From Lactobacillales bacterium (GTDB lineage: Bacteria; Bacillota_I; Bacilli_A; RF39; UBA660): a stretch of 64,000 nt of DNA. Made by a program: the position numbers and the translations under genes. The notes under the pieces were generated by a model. The model made no database searches and had not been told where the DNA came from. It saw only the letters and a list, made by a program, of their open reading frames with translations. Shown piece after piece: positions 56,057-64,000 of the stretch (positions are counted from its first letter, which is position 1; every line of letters begins with the position of its first letter). Location: positions 167,381 to 231,380 of the forward strand of contig SVAG01000001.1 of NCBI GenBank assembly GCA_015059545.1. Direction: 5' to 3'.

Positions 56057-56939
56057 TGATTTAATAAGAGAATATAAACCAAATGGATATAAAAAAATTA
56101 AAGATGTAATACTAGTTAATACAAAAAATAATAAATTAATTATAAAGAAAAAAAGAAATGAGAATAATATATATGAATATTTAAATTCAAGAAGTTTTAG
56201 ATATTATCCTAAAATAATAAGAGAAGACGATGAATATAGAATAACTGAATATGTAAGAGAAATAGATTATCCAGAAGAACAAAAAATAATAGACATGATT
56301 AACTTAGTAAGTTTACTTCATAGTAAAACAACATTTTATAAAGAGGTTGATGAAGATGACTATAAAAAAATATATGAAGATATAAGCGGCAATATAGAAT
56401 ATTTAAAAAGTTATTATATAGACTTAATAACTATAATAGAAAATAAAGTATATATGTCGCCAAGCGAATATTTATTAGCACGTAATATATCAAAGATATT
56501 CGCTTCTTTAAATTATTGTGAAAATGAATTAAATAAATGGTTAGAAATTGTAGAAAATAAAAAAAAACAACGATTCGTTGTTTTACATAATAATTTAGAA
56601 TTAGACCATTTTATAAGAAATAATGATTCTTATTTAATAAGCTGGGATAAATCAAAAATAGATATTCCAATATTTGATTTATATAAGTTATATAAAAAAT
56701 ATGCACTAGTATTTGATTTTGAATCAATATTAAAGGAATATGAAAAAAATTATCCTTTATTAAATGAAGAAATATTATTATTTTTTATATTAGTTACACT
56801 TCCAGATAAAATAGAATTCATAGATAATGAATATGAAAATACAAAGATAGTTAGTAAAAAAGTAGATATAATATATAAAACTGAAAAACTAATAGAAGAA
56901 TATTTTAAAACAAAAAAAGAATATACTAATAACAAATAA
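56043..56939 (+). CDS. YsxE/CotS-family (kinase-fold) spore coat protein, tentative
   Basis: 298 aa directly following and overlapping the SpoVID-like gene, matching spoVID-ysxE synteny in Bacillus. It has a VLHNNLELDHFI...ISWDKSKIDIPIFDLYKL kinase-like core. Confidence 0.5.
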   Translation: MKKINDLIREYKPNGYKKIKDVILVNTKNNKLIIKKKRNENNIYEYLNSRSFRYYPKIIREDDEYRITEYVREIDYPEEQKIIDMINLVSLLHSKTTFYKEVDEDDYKKIYEDISGNIEYLKSYYIDLITIIENKVYMSPSEYLLARNISKIFASLNYCENELNKWLEIVENKKKQRFVVLHNNLELDHFIRNNDSYLISWDKSKIDIPIFDLYKLYKKYALVFDFESILKEYEKNYPLLNEEILLFFILVTLPDKIEFIDNEYENTKIVSKKVDIIYKTEKLIEEYFKTKKEYTNNK

Positions 56940-57077
56940 ATACAATAAAAATAAATTAAAACGAGTTACAAAAATAAAAGTTAATACAATTTGATAAAAT
57001 AATAAAATTCCGAATACTAATAATAAAGTAAACCATTTATTTCTACCACAAAAACAATTTTTCCATCCATTTGGCAT
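56889..57077 (-). CDS. Possible small hydrophobic protein (62 aa)
   Basis: The ATG at 57077 lies 5 nt after AGGTGA. It encodes MPNGWKNCFCGRNKW followed by two hydrophobic segments. Its 3' end overlaps the convergent gene by about 50 nt. Confidence 0.3.
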   Translation of the reverse strand: MPNGWKNCFCGRNKWFTLLLVFGILLFYQIVLTFIFVTRFNLFLLYLFVISIFFFCFKIFFY

Positions 57078-57146
57078 AACAATCACCTAATTTATAATAT
57101 GAACAAAAATATAAATAGAATGTATGAATGACTATAAGGAGATAAA

Positions 57147-57461
57147 ATGGATATATATGATAAAAAAATAGATAATTTAATAAAGAATATGGATGATTTA
57201 AATATAAGTGATGCAGATAAAATTAAATATTTAAAACTATATTCAAAAATTTTAAAAGAAAAACAATCAGAAATAGAAAATAATTTTATAATAGGGACAT
57301 TTATATCAAGTTTAGGATTAGGAACAATGTTAGATATATCAAATATATATTTATCAATATTGTTATTTGGAACTGGAATTGCTATAAGTTTATATAAAGC
57401 AAAGGAATTTGATAATGATATAACATTAAAGGATTTAAATGAGTATAAAAGATCAAGATAA
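57147..57461 (+). CDS. Hypothetical small membrane protein (104 aa)
   Basis: RBS AAGGAGA and two central TM segments. Confidence 0.5.
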   Translation: MDIYDKKIDNLIKNMDDLNISDADKIKYLKLYSKILKEKQSEIENNFIIGTFISSLGLGTMLDISNIYLSILLFGTGIAISLYKAKEFDNDITLKDLNEYKRSR

Positions 57462-57508
57462 TATGGTCTTTTTATTTTTTTTTTGATACAATATTAAAAG
57501 GTGATAAA

Positions 57509-58816
57509 ATGTTTGAAAATTTAGGAGATAGATTACAAAATGCCTTAGATAAAATAAGAGGATATGGAAAAATAACAGAAGATAATATTGGTGATATGAC
57601 AAGGGAAATAAGATTAGCGCTTTTAGAAGCCGATGTTAACTATAAAGTAGTAAAAGAATTTATAAATAATGTTAAAGAAAAAGCGCTTGGAGAAGAAGTT
57701 AAAAAAAGTTTAAAACCAGGTGAAATGTTTGTAAAAATAGTAAAAGATGAATTAGTAGAATTATTAGGTGGAGAACAAAAAGAATTAAATACAAAAGGTA
57801 ATCCAGCAACACTAATGTTAGTAGGATTACAAGGAAGTGGTAAAACTACAACAATTGCTAAAATAGCTAATTATTTAAGAAAAAATCATAAAAAGAAACC
57901 ACTTTTAGTAGCATGTGATATTTATAGACCAGCAGCTATAGATCAATTAAAACAATTAGGTAGAGAACTTAATATAGAAGTATATGAAGAGGGAAAAAAT
58001 AATCCAGTAGAAATATCTAATAATGCTATTAAATATGCTAAAGAAAATAATTATGATTATGTACTTATAGATACAGCAGGACGACTTCATATAGATGAAG
58101 AATTAATGGATGAACTTGATAATATAAGTAATAATATTAATCCAGATGAAATATTACTTGTAGTAGATAGTATGACAGGACAAGATGCTATAAATGTAAT
58201 CGAAGGATTTAATAATAAATTAAAATTAACAGGAGCAGTTCTTACCAAATTAGATGGAGATACTAGAGGTGGGGCAGCACTTTCTATTAGACATTTAACA
58301 AATGTACCAATTAAATTTATAGGTGTTAGTGAAAAAATGGATGGTTTAGAAGAATTTCATCCAGAGAGAATGGCATCAAGAATTCTTGGTATGGGAGATC
58401 TTATGTCTATTGTTGAAAAAGCAGAATCAGTAATAGATCAAGATGAAGCTTATGATGTAGCTAAAAAAATGCAAAATGGTAAATTTGATTTAGAAGATTT
58501 CTTAAAAACATTTAAACAAATAAAGAAATTGGGACCACTAGAAAATTTGATTAAATTGATACCAGGTGCTAAAAAAGCAGGACTTACTAATGTAAAAATA
58601 GATCCAAAAGAAGTAGCACATATAGAAGCAATAATCCTTTCTATGACACCATATGAAAGACGTCACCCAGAAGTTCTTAAAGCTTCAAGAAAACAAAGAA
58701 TTGCTAAAGGTAGCGGAAGAAATGTTGAAGAAGTAAATAGATTATTAAAACAATTTGAAGAAATGAAAAAAATGATGAAAATGATGAAAAATGGAAATAT
58801 GAAAATGCCATTCTAG
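57509..58816 (+). CDS. ffh: Signal recognition particle protein Ffh
   Basis: 435 aa. GTPase motifs GLQGSGKTTT, DTAGR and TKLDGD, and a Met-rich M domain ending MKKMMKMMKNGNMKMPF. Confidence 0.95.
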   Translation: MFENLGDRLQNALDKIRGYGKITEDNIGDMTREIRLALLEADVNYKVVKEFINNVKEKALGEEVKKSLKPGEMFVKIVKDELVELLGGEQKELNTKGNPATLMLVGLQGSGKTTTIAKIANYLRKNHKKKPLLVACDIYRPAAIDQLKQLGRELNIEVYEEGKNNPVEISNNAIKYAKENNYDYVLIDTAGRLHIDEELMDELDNISNNINPDEILLVVDSMTGQDAINVIEGFNNKLKLTGAVLTKLDGDTRGGAALSIRHLTNVPIKFIGVSEKMDGLEEFHPERMASRILGMGDLMSIVEKAESVIDQDEAYDVAKKMQNGKFDLEDFLKTFKQIKKLGPLENLIKLIPGAKKAGLTNVKIDPKEVAHIEAIILSMTPYERRHPEVLKASRKQRIAKGSGRNVEEVNRLLKQFEEMKKMMKMMKNGNMKMPF

Positions 58817-58840
58817 GAGTTTACACACTCCTTTTTTTTT
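58815..58840 (+). terminator. Intrinsic terminator after ffh
   Basis: AGGAGT (58815-58820) pairs with ACTCCT (58827-58832), followed by a run of 9 T. Confidence 0.6.
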
Positions 58841-58878
58841 ATACTTCATACTATAAACTAGATAAGGGGGAAAATGCT

Positions 58879-59145
58879 ATGTTTGGTAAAAAATGTTGTC
58901 AAGATAGACAAATGGGATTTGGTATGAACAGCATGGATTCTTGTTGTATGGAACAACCAATAATTGAACCAACAATAAATAAATGTATTGAAAGAGAATT
59001 CTATCATGAAGTACCACATGTATGTCCAATACATACTCATACTATAAATAAACATATTTATAAACATACATATACACCACAATATACATGTTCAGAAGAA
59101 GAACAAGTATGTAATATGGATTGTGGTAAATGTTCTGGATTTTAA
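58879..59145 (+). CDS. Cys/His-rich small protein, CotD-family spore coat protein-like (88 aa)
   Basis: RBS AAGGGGGA. The HEVPHVCPIHTHTINKHIYKHTYTPQY pattern resembles CotD-type proteins. The call is tentative. Confidence 0.45.
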   Translation: MFGKKCCQDRQMGFGMNSMDSCCMEQPIIEPTINKCIEREFYHEVPHVCPIHTHTINKHIYKHTYTPQYTCSEEEQVCNMDCGKCSGF

Positions 59146-59213
59146 AACAGCTTTAAGCTGTTTTATTTTAATAAATTTAAATAAAATAAGTATAATAAAT
59201 AATAAAAAAACAA

Positions 59214-59242
59214 TTGACAAAAGTATAAACAATGTATATACT
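59214..59242 (+). promoter_or_regulatory. Sigma-A-type promoter of the mazEF-like operon
   Basis: TTGACA at 59214-59219, a 17-nt spacer, and TATACT at 59237-59242. Confidence 0.5.
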
Positions 59243-59263
59243 ATATTAAATGGAGATGATAAG

Positions 59264-59506
59264 ATGGAAATAAGAATTCAAAAATGGGGAAATTCAGATG
59301 GAATAAGAATACCTAGTAATATTTTAAAATCATTAAATATAAAAACAAATGATATATTAAATATTGAACAAGAAGATGATAAGATAATTATTAGTATTCC
59401 AAAGAAAAAAAAGATATCATTAGCTGATAAATTTAAAGAATATAATGGGAAAAATTTAGCTAAAGATTTTTCTTGGGACGAAAGTGTAGGTAAAGAAATA
59501 TGGTAA
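59264..59506 (+). CDS. mazE: MazE/PemI-type antitoxin (AbrB/SpoVT-like domain)
   Basis: The internal ATG at 59264 follows GGAGATGA. MEIRIQKWGNSDGIRIPSNILKSLNIKTNDIL is the classic MazE/PemI N-terminus. About 80 aa. Confidence 0.8.
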   Translation: MEIRIQKWGNSDGIRIPSNILKSLNIKTNDILNIEQEDDKIIISIPKKKKISLADKFKEYNGKNLAKDFSWDESVGKEIW

Positions 59507-59841
59507 AAAAATATATACCTGAACAAGGAGATGTTGTTTTATTAGATTTTAATCCTACAAAAGGACATGAACAATCAGGATTTAGGCCAGCAGTTGTAAT
59601 TAGTAACAACATTTTTAATGAAAATACTAAAATGGTCATTGTATGTCCTATTACATCTAATGATAAAGAATTCCCAACACATTATCGTCTAGAAGATACT
59701 AAAAATATAAAAGGATCTGTTTTATGTGAACATATAAGAAGTATAGATTACGAAACAAGAAAATTAAAATTTATAGAAAAAACAAGTGATAATGATTTTA
59801 TAAGTATAATTACATTATTAAATGCATGTATTGAAGAATAA
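59500..59841 (+). CDS. mazF: MazF/PemK-family endoribonuclease toxin
   Basis: 113 aa. YIPEQGDVVLLDFNPTKGHEQSGFRPAVVISN...VCPITS is typical of the family. It overlaps the antitoxin gene by 7 nt. Confidence 0.85.
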   Translation: MVKKYIPEQGDVVLLDFNPTKGHEQSGFRPAVVISNNIFNENTKMVIVCPITSNDKEFPTHYRLEDTKNIKGSVLCEHIRSIDYETRKLKFIEKTSDNDFISIITLLNACIEE

Positions 59842-59846
59842 ATAAA

Positions 59847-59876
59847 AAAATAAAGTATTATTTAATACTTTATTTT
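59847..59876. terminator. Bidirectional AT-rich terminator hairpin between convergent genes
   Basis: AAAATAAAGTATTA (59847-59860) pairs with TAATACTTTATTTT (59863-59876). Confidence 0.5.
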
Positions 59877-60574
59877 TTAGTTTTAACTTTATCATATTCT
59901 TCATTTAAATCAATTTTATTAGCTTCTTCTAAATCATCTTTATATAATAGTTTAAATTTTTGTTCTATTTTTTCTATAAATTGTTCATCATTTGATAAAT
60001 ATTTTTCACAATAATCTTCAATTCTATCACTTAAAAAAGTTGTTTTATCATCTCCAAAAATACAATCATGATCATATTCTGGATATATTACACCTTCATC
60101 AGTTTGTTCATTACAAGTATGAATTCTTAATTCTCTATCTAATTGTTCAATTGCATAATCTTCGTCTTTTTCTATTTTATTTAATTTAATATCTTTTCTT
60201 AATTGATCAATACTAAAATCTCTTTTTGCTAATTCCCAAGTACCAATAGCTAATACAGAAGAAATTAATGCAATATTAGCATAAGTAATTTTTCTTTTTG
60301 TTTGTTTTTTTGCTAAATTATTAAAGAATGTAAAATATTTATCATTTTCTTCAATATATCTTTTCGGAAAAATTGCTACTATATCAAAATCATTTGAATT
60401 TATTCTATAAGTAATCATCGTTTTTTTATTTGATTTTTTAATTTTAAATATACTAGAATAATGATTAATTTTTAATATATCATCTATAATATCTTCTTTA
60501 TCTACTTCATAAAATTGTTTATCAGATTCATAAGATGCGCAATCATCATAAAAACATAGTTTTATCTCATGCAT
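59870..60574 (-). CDS. Hypothetical protein with one central TM segment (234 aa)
   Basis: ORF with the RBS AAAGGGGAA upstream on the minus strand. No family recognised. Confidence 0.5.
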   Translation of the reverse strand: MHEIKLCFYDDCASYESDKQFYEVDKEDIIDDILKINHYSSIFKIKKSNKKTMITYRINSNDFDIVAIFPKRYIEENDKYFTFFNNLAKKQTKRKITYANIALISSVLAIGTWELAKRDFSIDQLRKDIKLNKIEKDEDYAIEQLDRELRIHTCNEQTDEGVIYPEYDHDCIFGDDKTTFLSDRIEDYCEKYLSNDEQFIEKIEQKFKLLYKDDLEEANKIDLNEEYDKVKTKK

Positions 60575-60702
60575 ATGTTAATTCCCCTTTCGAACGTTAT
60601 ATATAATAGCATAAAATAAATAAAAGTCAAATTTTTCCTAAAAAATATTGCAAAAATAATCAAATTTTGGTATTCTGTTATATAGAGGATAGGAGTGGTA
60701 TA

Positions 60703-61224
60703 GTGAATAAAGGAAAAGAAAAAATACTTTATGTGGTAATAATAGTAGTGATAATAGCAGTATTTATAGGAGCTTATTTTTTATTAGATAATATGCTATT
60801 TGGAAAAGAAGAAAATAAAAAAACAGGATATAAACAAGAAATAACAACTTTAGAAGTAGAAGAAAAAATGACACAAAATGGTTTATCAAAACATGATTTA
60901 TCATCAGTTTTAAAAGATACAAAACAAAATGCAAGTTATATTTACTTTAATACTAATAGAAATTATGAAATTATATATAGTAATTTCAATGATGTAGCAG
61001 CAGCAACAAGTAATTATAATACAAATTTAAGTTTAGTAGATGGTAAATATGATAATTTAACAGAATTAACAAAAGTTGAAAATGAAAATTATGCTAAATA
61101 TGAAGCAGAAAATACAGATAATTATGTTGTTATATTAAAAATAGGAACAGCTTATTTCCAAGTAGAAACATCAAAAAATAATAAAAGTAGCGTACAAAAT
61201 ATAATCTCAGGATTAGAAAGTTAG
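60703..61224 (+). CDS. Membrane-anchored hypothetical protein (173 aa)
   Basis: The GTG at 60703 lies 7 nt after AGGAG. N-terminal TM segment. It sits 17 nt upstream of the 816-aa Cys-repeat protein gene. Confidence 0.5.
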   Translation: MNKGKEKILYVVIIVVIIAVFIGAYFLLDNMLFGKEENKKTGYKQEITTLEVEEKMTQNGLSKHDLSSVLKDTKQNASYIYFNTNRNYEIIYSNFNDVAAATSNYNTNLSLVDGKYDNLTELTKVENENYAKYEAENTDNYVVILKIGTAYFQVETSKNNKSSVQNIISGLES

Positions 61225-61241
61225 TTTGGAGGGTTTACAAA

Positions 61242-63692
61242 ATGTCGAAATTTTTTGAAAACAAAAGAAATCAAATAATATTAGGTGCAGTTGCAGGTAT
61301 TATTTTAGTAGGTGCAATTGTATTAATATTAACTGGTAAAATAAATTTAAGAAGTATAATGGGAAATACAGCTCAAGGAAACTATACTTGTCCATCGGGA
61401 TATAAATTAAATGGTACAAAATGTACTAGAACTGTAACATTAGGAGCGGCAACTAGAGAAACCTCTTGTTCAGGAGGAAATTTAACAAATGGTACATGTG
61501 TGATGAACGCCACAAGAAAAAGTAATTATGTATGTTCATCAGGAGGAACATTATCAGGAACAAGCTGTAAAACAACAGCAACACCAAAATATGAATATAG
61601 TAGTATGTGTTATGCAGGATCAACTCCAAGTGGGAATAACTGTATAAAAAATGCAACAAAAACAATTTCTAGTTATTCATGTCCATCAGGGGGATCAGTA
61701 TCAGGAACAAATTGTAAAAAAGCAGCAACAAGAAAAGTTTCTAGTTATTCATGTCCATCAGGAGGATCAGTATCAGGAACAAATTGTAAAAAAGCAGCAA
61801 CAAGAACAATTTCTAGTTATTCATGTCCATCAGGAGGAACATTATCAGGGTCAAGCTGTAAAAAACCAACAACAAATAATTCATGCCCAAGTGGATGGAA
61901 TAGATATGGACAATATGATTGTATAAAAGCAGCAACACCAAAATATAGTTATAGTTGTCCAAGTGGATGGACAAAATATGGTTCATCAGGGTCAGAATGT
62001 ATAAAAGCAGCAACACCAAAATATAGTTATAGTTGTCCAAGTGGATGGACAAAATATGGTTCATCAGGGTCAGAATGTATAAAAGCAGCAACACCAAAAT
62101 ATAATTACAGTTGTCCAGATGGATGGACAAAATATGGTTCAAGTGGAATGCAATGTATAACTGAAAAGAAAAAGAATTTAGTAGGATATACATGTCCAAC
62201 AGGATGGAATAAATATGGTACATCAGGGTCAGAATGTATAAAAGCAGCTACTATAGAATATAGTTATAGTTGCCCAAGTGGATGGACAAAATATGGTTCG
62301 AGTGGAATGCAATGTGCAACTGCTCCAAAAACAGAATATAAATGTTCATCTGGAACATTATCAGGAACAAGTTGTGTTAAAACTGAAACAATAAACGCTA
62401 CAAAAGTAGAAGATGAAGCGGAAATTGGTATAGTATGTGAAAGTTCACATATTGAAAAAGATGGAAAATGTGTTTGTCCAGAAGGTAAATCAGAAGTAAA
62501 TGGAAAATGTGTTGAACAAGTTCTAGAACCTGAAATAACTGATGAATTAAAACCTGTAGGACCTATATGTAAATCAGGATATGAATTAGTAAATGGAAAA
62601 TGTGTTGAAATTGAAGATTTTATAATAGATGAATTAGAACCAACAATTTGTGGATTAGGTTATAAAAGAGATGAAAAAGGAAATTGTACATTATGTGCAG
62701 ATGGATATACTAAAGACGCAAATGGAAAATGTGTTCAAAAGACTATAGATGATACAGACAACAATCTAATTGAAGAAATAGAAAAAATCTGTGGAAAAGG
62801 TTACAAGAAAGATGCAAATGGACAATGTACATTATGTGCAGATGGATATACCAAAGACGCAAATGGAAAATGTGTTGTAAATGAAGTAATTAAAGATTTT
62901 GTTGTAGATATAAATTGTCCAACAGGTTATACGTTAAGCGGAGATGTTTGTGTCAAGAAAGAAACTATTAAAGCAACTGTTAAATATAGTTGTGCAAATG
63001 GATACACTTTAAATAAAAACAAATGTCAAAAAGTTGAAACAAAAGAACCAACTTCAACATTTAAATGTCCAACAGGATATTCAAAATCAGGAAATTCATG
63101 TTATAGAACAGATAAGAAAAATGCAACAGTCACATACAAATGTGAAAGTGGATATACTTTAAATAAAACAACAAGAAGATGTGAAAAAGTATCTACAGTA
63201 CCATTTGTACAAAATGGATATACTTGTCCAGAAAGTTATACTTTAATTGAAGGTTATAATGGTACAAGAATTTGCTTTAGAGCAGTATTAGTTACAGATC
63301 AAGCTTCATGTCCATATGTAAGTTCAGGTGGATTCTGTATGAAATATGATATATTTGATGCATCAATTAAAAATTCATGTCCAGCAGGATATGCATTAAG
63401 TGGTAACATATGTACAGGTAAAACAACTGTATCTGCAACTACAAAATATAGTTGTCCAACAGGATATAATTTAAAAGGTAAAAAATGTACTAAGAAAATT
63501 ACAAAAACTGTTAATACAAATAAATATTGTCCAAACGGATATAGTTTAAAAAATAATAAATGTCAAAAAACAGTTACAGTAGCAGCAAAAGCAACATACA
63601 GCTGTAAAACTGGATATACATTAGCTGGTACAAATTGTACAAGAACAATAACTTCAGCTTTAGTAACTAACAATGTAAATAGAGTTGGTTAA
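61242..63692 (+). CDS. Membrane-anchored Cys-repeat protein built almost entirely of CPSG[GWY]...C units (816 aa)
   Basis: RBS GGAGGG. N-terminal signal-anchor ILGAVAGIILVGAIVLILTG. It then carries more than 30 repeats such as YSCPSGWTKYGSSGSECIKAATPK and CPTGYTLSGDVCVKK. The repeat type matches the central cassettes of giant proteins 1 and 2. Confidence 0.85.
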   Translation: MSKFFENKRNQIILGAVAGIILVGAIVLILTGKINLRSIMGNTAQGNYTCPSGYKLNGTKCTRTVTLGAATRETSCSGGNLTNGTCVMNATRKSNYVCSSGGTLSGTSCKTTATPKYEYSSMCYAGSTPSGNNCIKNATKTISSYSCPSGGSVSGTNCKKAATRKVSSYSCPSGGSVSGTNCKKAATRTISSYSCPSGGTLSGSSCKKPTTNNSCPSGWNRYGQYDCIKAATPKYSYSCPSGWTKYGSSGSECIKAATPKYSYSCPSGWTKYGSSGSECIKAATPKYNYSCPDGWTKYGSSGMQCITEKKKNLVGYTCPTGWNKYGTSGSECIKAATIEYSYSCPSGWTKYGSSGMQCATAPKTEYKCSSGTLSGTSCVKTETINATKVEDEAEIGIVCESSHIEKDGKCVCPEGKSEVNGKCVEQVLEPEITDELKPVGPICKSGYELVNGKCVEIEDFIIDELEPTICGLGYKRDEKGNCTLCADGYTKDANGKCVQKTIDDTDNNLIEEIEKICGKGYKKDANGQCTLCADGYTKDANGKCVVNEVIKDFVVDINCPTGYTLSGDVCVKKETIKATVKYSCANGYTLNKNKCQKVETKEPTSTFKCPTGYSKSGNSCYRTDKKNATVTYKCESGYTLNKTTRRCEKVSTVPFVQNGYTCPESYTLIEGYNGTRICFRAVLVTDQASCPYVSSGGFCMKYDIFDASIKNSCPAGYALSGNICTGKTTVSATTKYSCPTGYNLKGKKCTKKITKTVNTNKYCPNGYSLKNNKCQKTVTVAAKATYSCKTGYTLAGTNCTRTITSALVTNNVNRVG
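61668..61883 (+). repeat. 72-nt in-frame tandem repeat (two near-identical copies plus a third diverged copy)
   Basis: Units start at 61668, 61740 and 61812. Units 1 and 2 differ at 3 positions by eye. They encode SSYSCPSGGSVSGTNCKKAATR(K/T)(V/I). Confidence 0.9.
61920..62153 (+). repeat. 78-nt in-frame tandem repeat (two identical copies plus a third diverged copy)
   Basis: 61920-61997 and 61998-62075 are identical on direct reading. They encode CIKAATPKYSYSCPSGWTKYGSSGSE. The third unit is diverged. Confidence 0.92.
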
Positions 63693-63697
63693 TAAGT

Positions 63698-63733
63698 AAA
63701 TTAAAGTAACTTCAAAAGTTACTTTAATTTTTA
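63698..63733 (+). terminator. Intrinsic terminator after the 816-aa gene
   Basis: AAATTAAAGTAACTT (63698-63712) pairs with AAGTTACTTTAATTT (63716-63730) to give a 15-bp stem with a 3-nt loop, followed by TT. Confidence 0.6.
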
Positions 63734-63748
63734 TAGAAAGGGGATTCT

Positions 63749-64000
63749 ATGAATATAATACTTGTATTTTTATCTTTGATTCCAGTATATTTAATTTTAA
63801 ATATTATATACGCTAAAGATAAAATAGAAAAAGAACCTGTAAAGCTATTAATGCTAACATTTATTGGTGGTGTAATATCTTTATTCTTAACTAAATTTTT
63901 AGCAGCTAAATATCAATATTATTTACCATTTTTAATAGAAGAAAATCCAGGATTAGAAGCATATAAAATATTCTTAATTAGTTTTGGAGAAATAGGATTA
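63749..64000 (+). CDS. prsW: PrsW-family intramembrane protease, N-terminal fragment (3' end lies outside the window)
   Basis: The ATG at 63749 follows AAGGGGA and the frame stays open to the window end. LIPVYLILNIIYAKDKIEKEPVKLLMLTFIGGVIS matches the PrsW N-terminal D+xEKEP pattern. Confidence 0.55.
   Translation, partial: MNIILVFLSLIPVYLILNIIYAKDKIEKEPVKLLMLTFIGGVISLFLTKFLAAKYQYYLPFLIEENPGLEAYKIFLISFGEIGL

Noticed and set aside
61453-62223. ORFs at 61453-61665 (-), 61651-61926 (+) and 61813-62223 (-) overlapping the 816-aa gene
   Set aside because: They are frame-shifted readings of the tandem repeats and merely echo the repeat periodicity (VIHVHQ..., ILSIHLDN...). The 816-aa frame has an RBS, a signal anchor and homology to the cassettes in the giant proteins.

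Overview
This is a very AT-rich, low-GC Firmicutes-type chromosome segment from an endospore former. The sporulation evidence is a SpoIID-family protein, a dacB-like gene followed by spmA and spmB, a SpoVID-like/YsxE-like pair, a CotD-like protein and PrsW. All calls rest on reading the supplied translations and the DNA by eye. No BLAST, HMM or structure prediction was run.

Housekeeping genes I recognise with confidence are the ligA 3' end, pflB-pflA, uppP, a rhodanese, a TVP38/DedA-type protein, rmuC, lonA, ffh and a mazEF pair.

The centre of the window (about 17.2-48.8 kb) is one co-directional block of 24 ORFs, in this order:
- Three paralogous giant secreted Cys-rich proteins (about 1275, 1242 and 988 aa). 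Two of them are each preceded by a small paralogous signal-peptide plus C-terminal-TM protein.
- A Tad/Flp-type pilus module: CpaB-like, CpaF/TadA ATPase, TadB- and TadC-like proteins, a Flp-like pilin, TadE-like pseudopilins and a TadZ-like protein with a degenerate P-loop.
- A Gram-positive conjugation-type T4SS module: two VirB2/TrbC-like proteins, a VirB6/TrbL-like protein, a PrgI/VirB3-like protein, a split VirB4, a PrgK-like three-domain wall hydrolase, two lipoproteins and a VirD4/TraG coupling protein.

I found no relaxase, integrase, transposase, replication gene or obvious regulator anywhere in the window. This composite, apparently non-mobilising Tad + T4SS + Cys-rich exoprotein locus is the best candidate for an undescribed system.

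The Cys-repeat cassette found in two of the giant proteins (CPxG[Y/W]...C units) recurs in a separate 816-aa membrane-anchored protein at 61.2-63.7 kb, whose gene carries exact and near-exact tandem DNA duplications. I recognised no rRNA, tRNA or CRISPR array.
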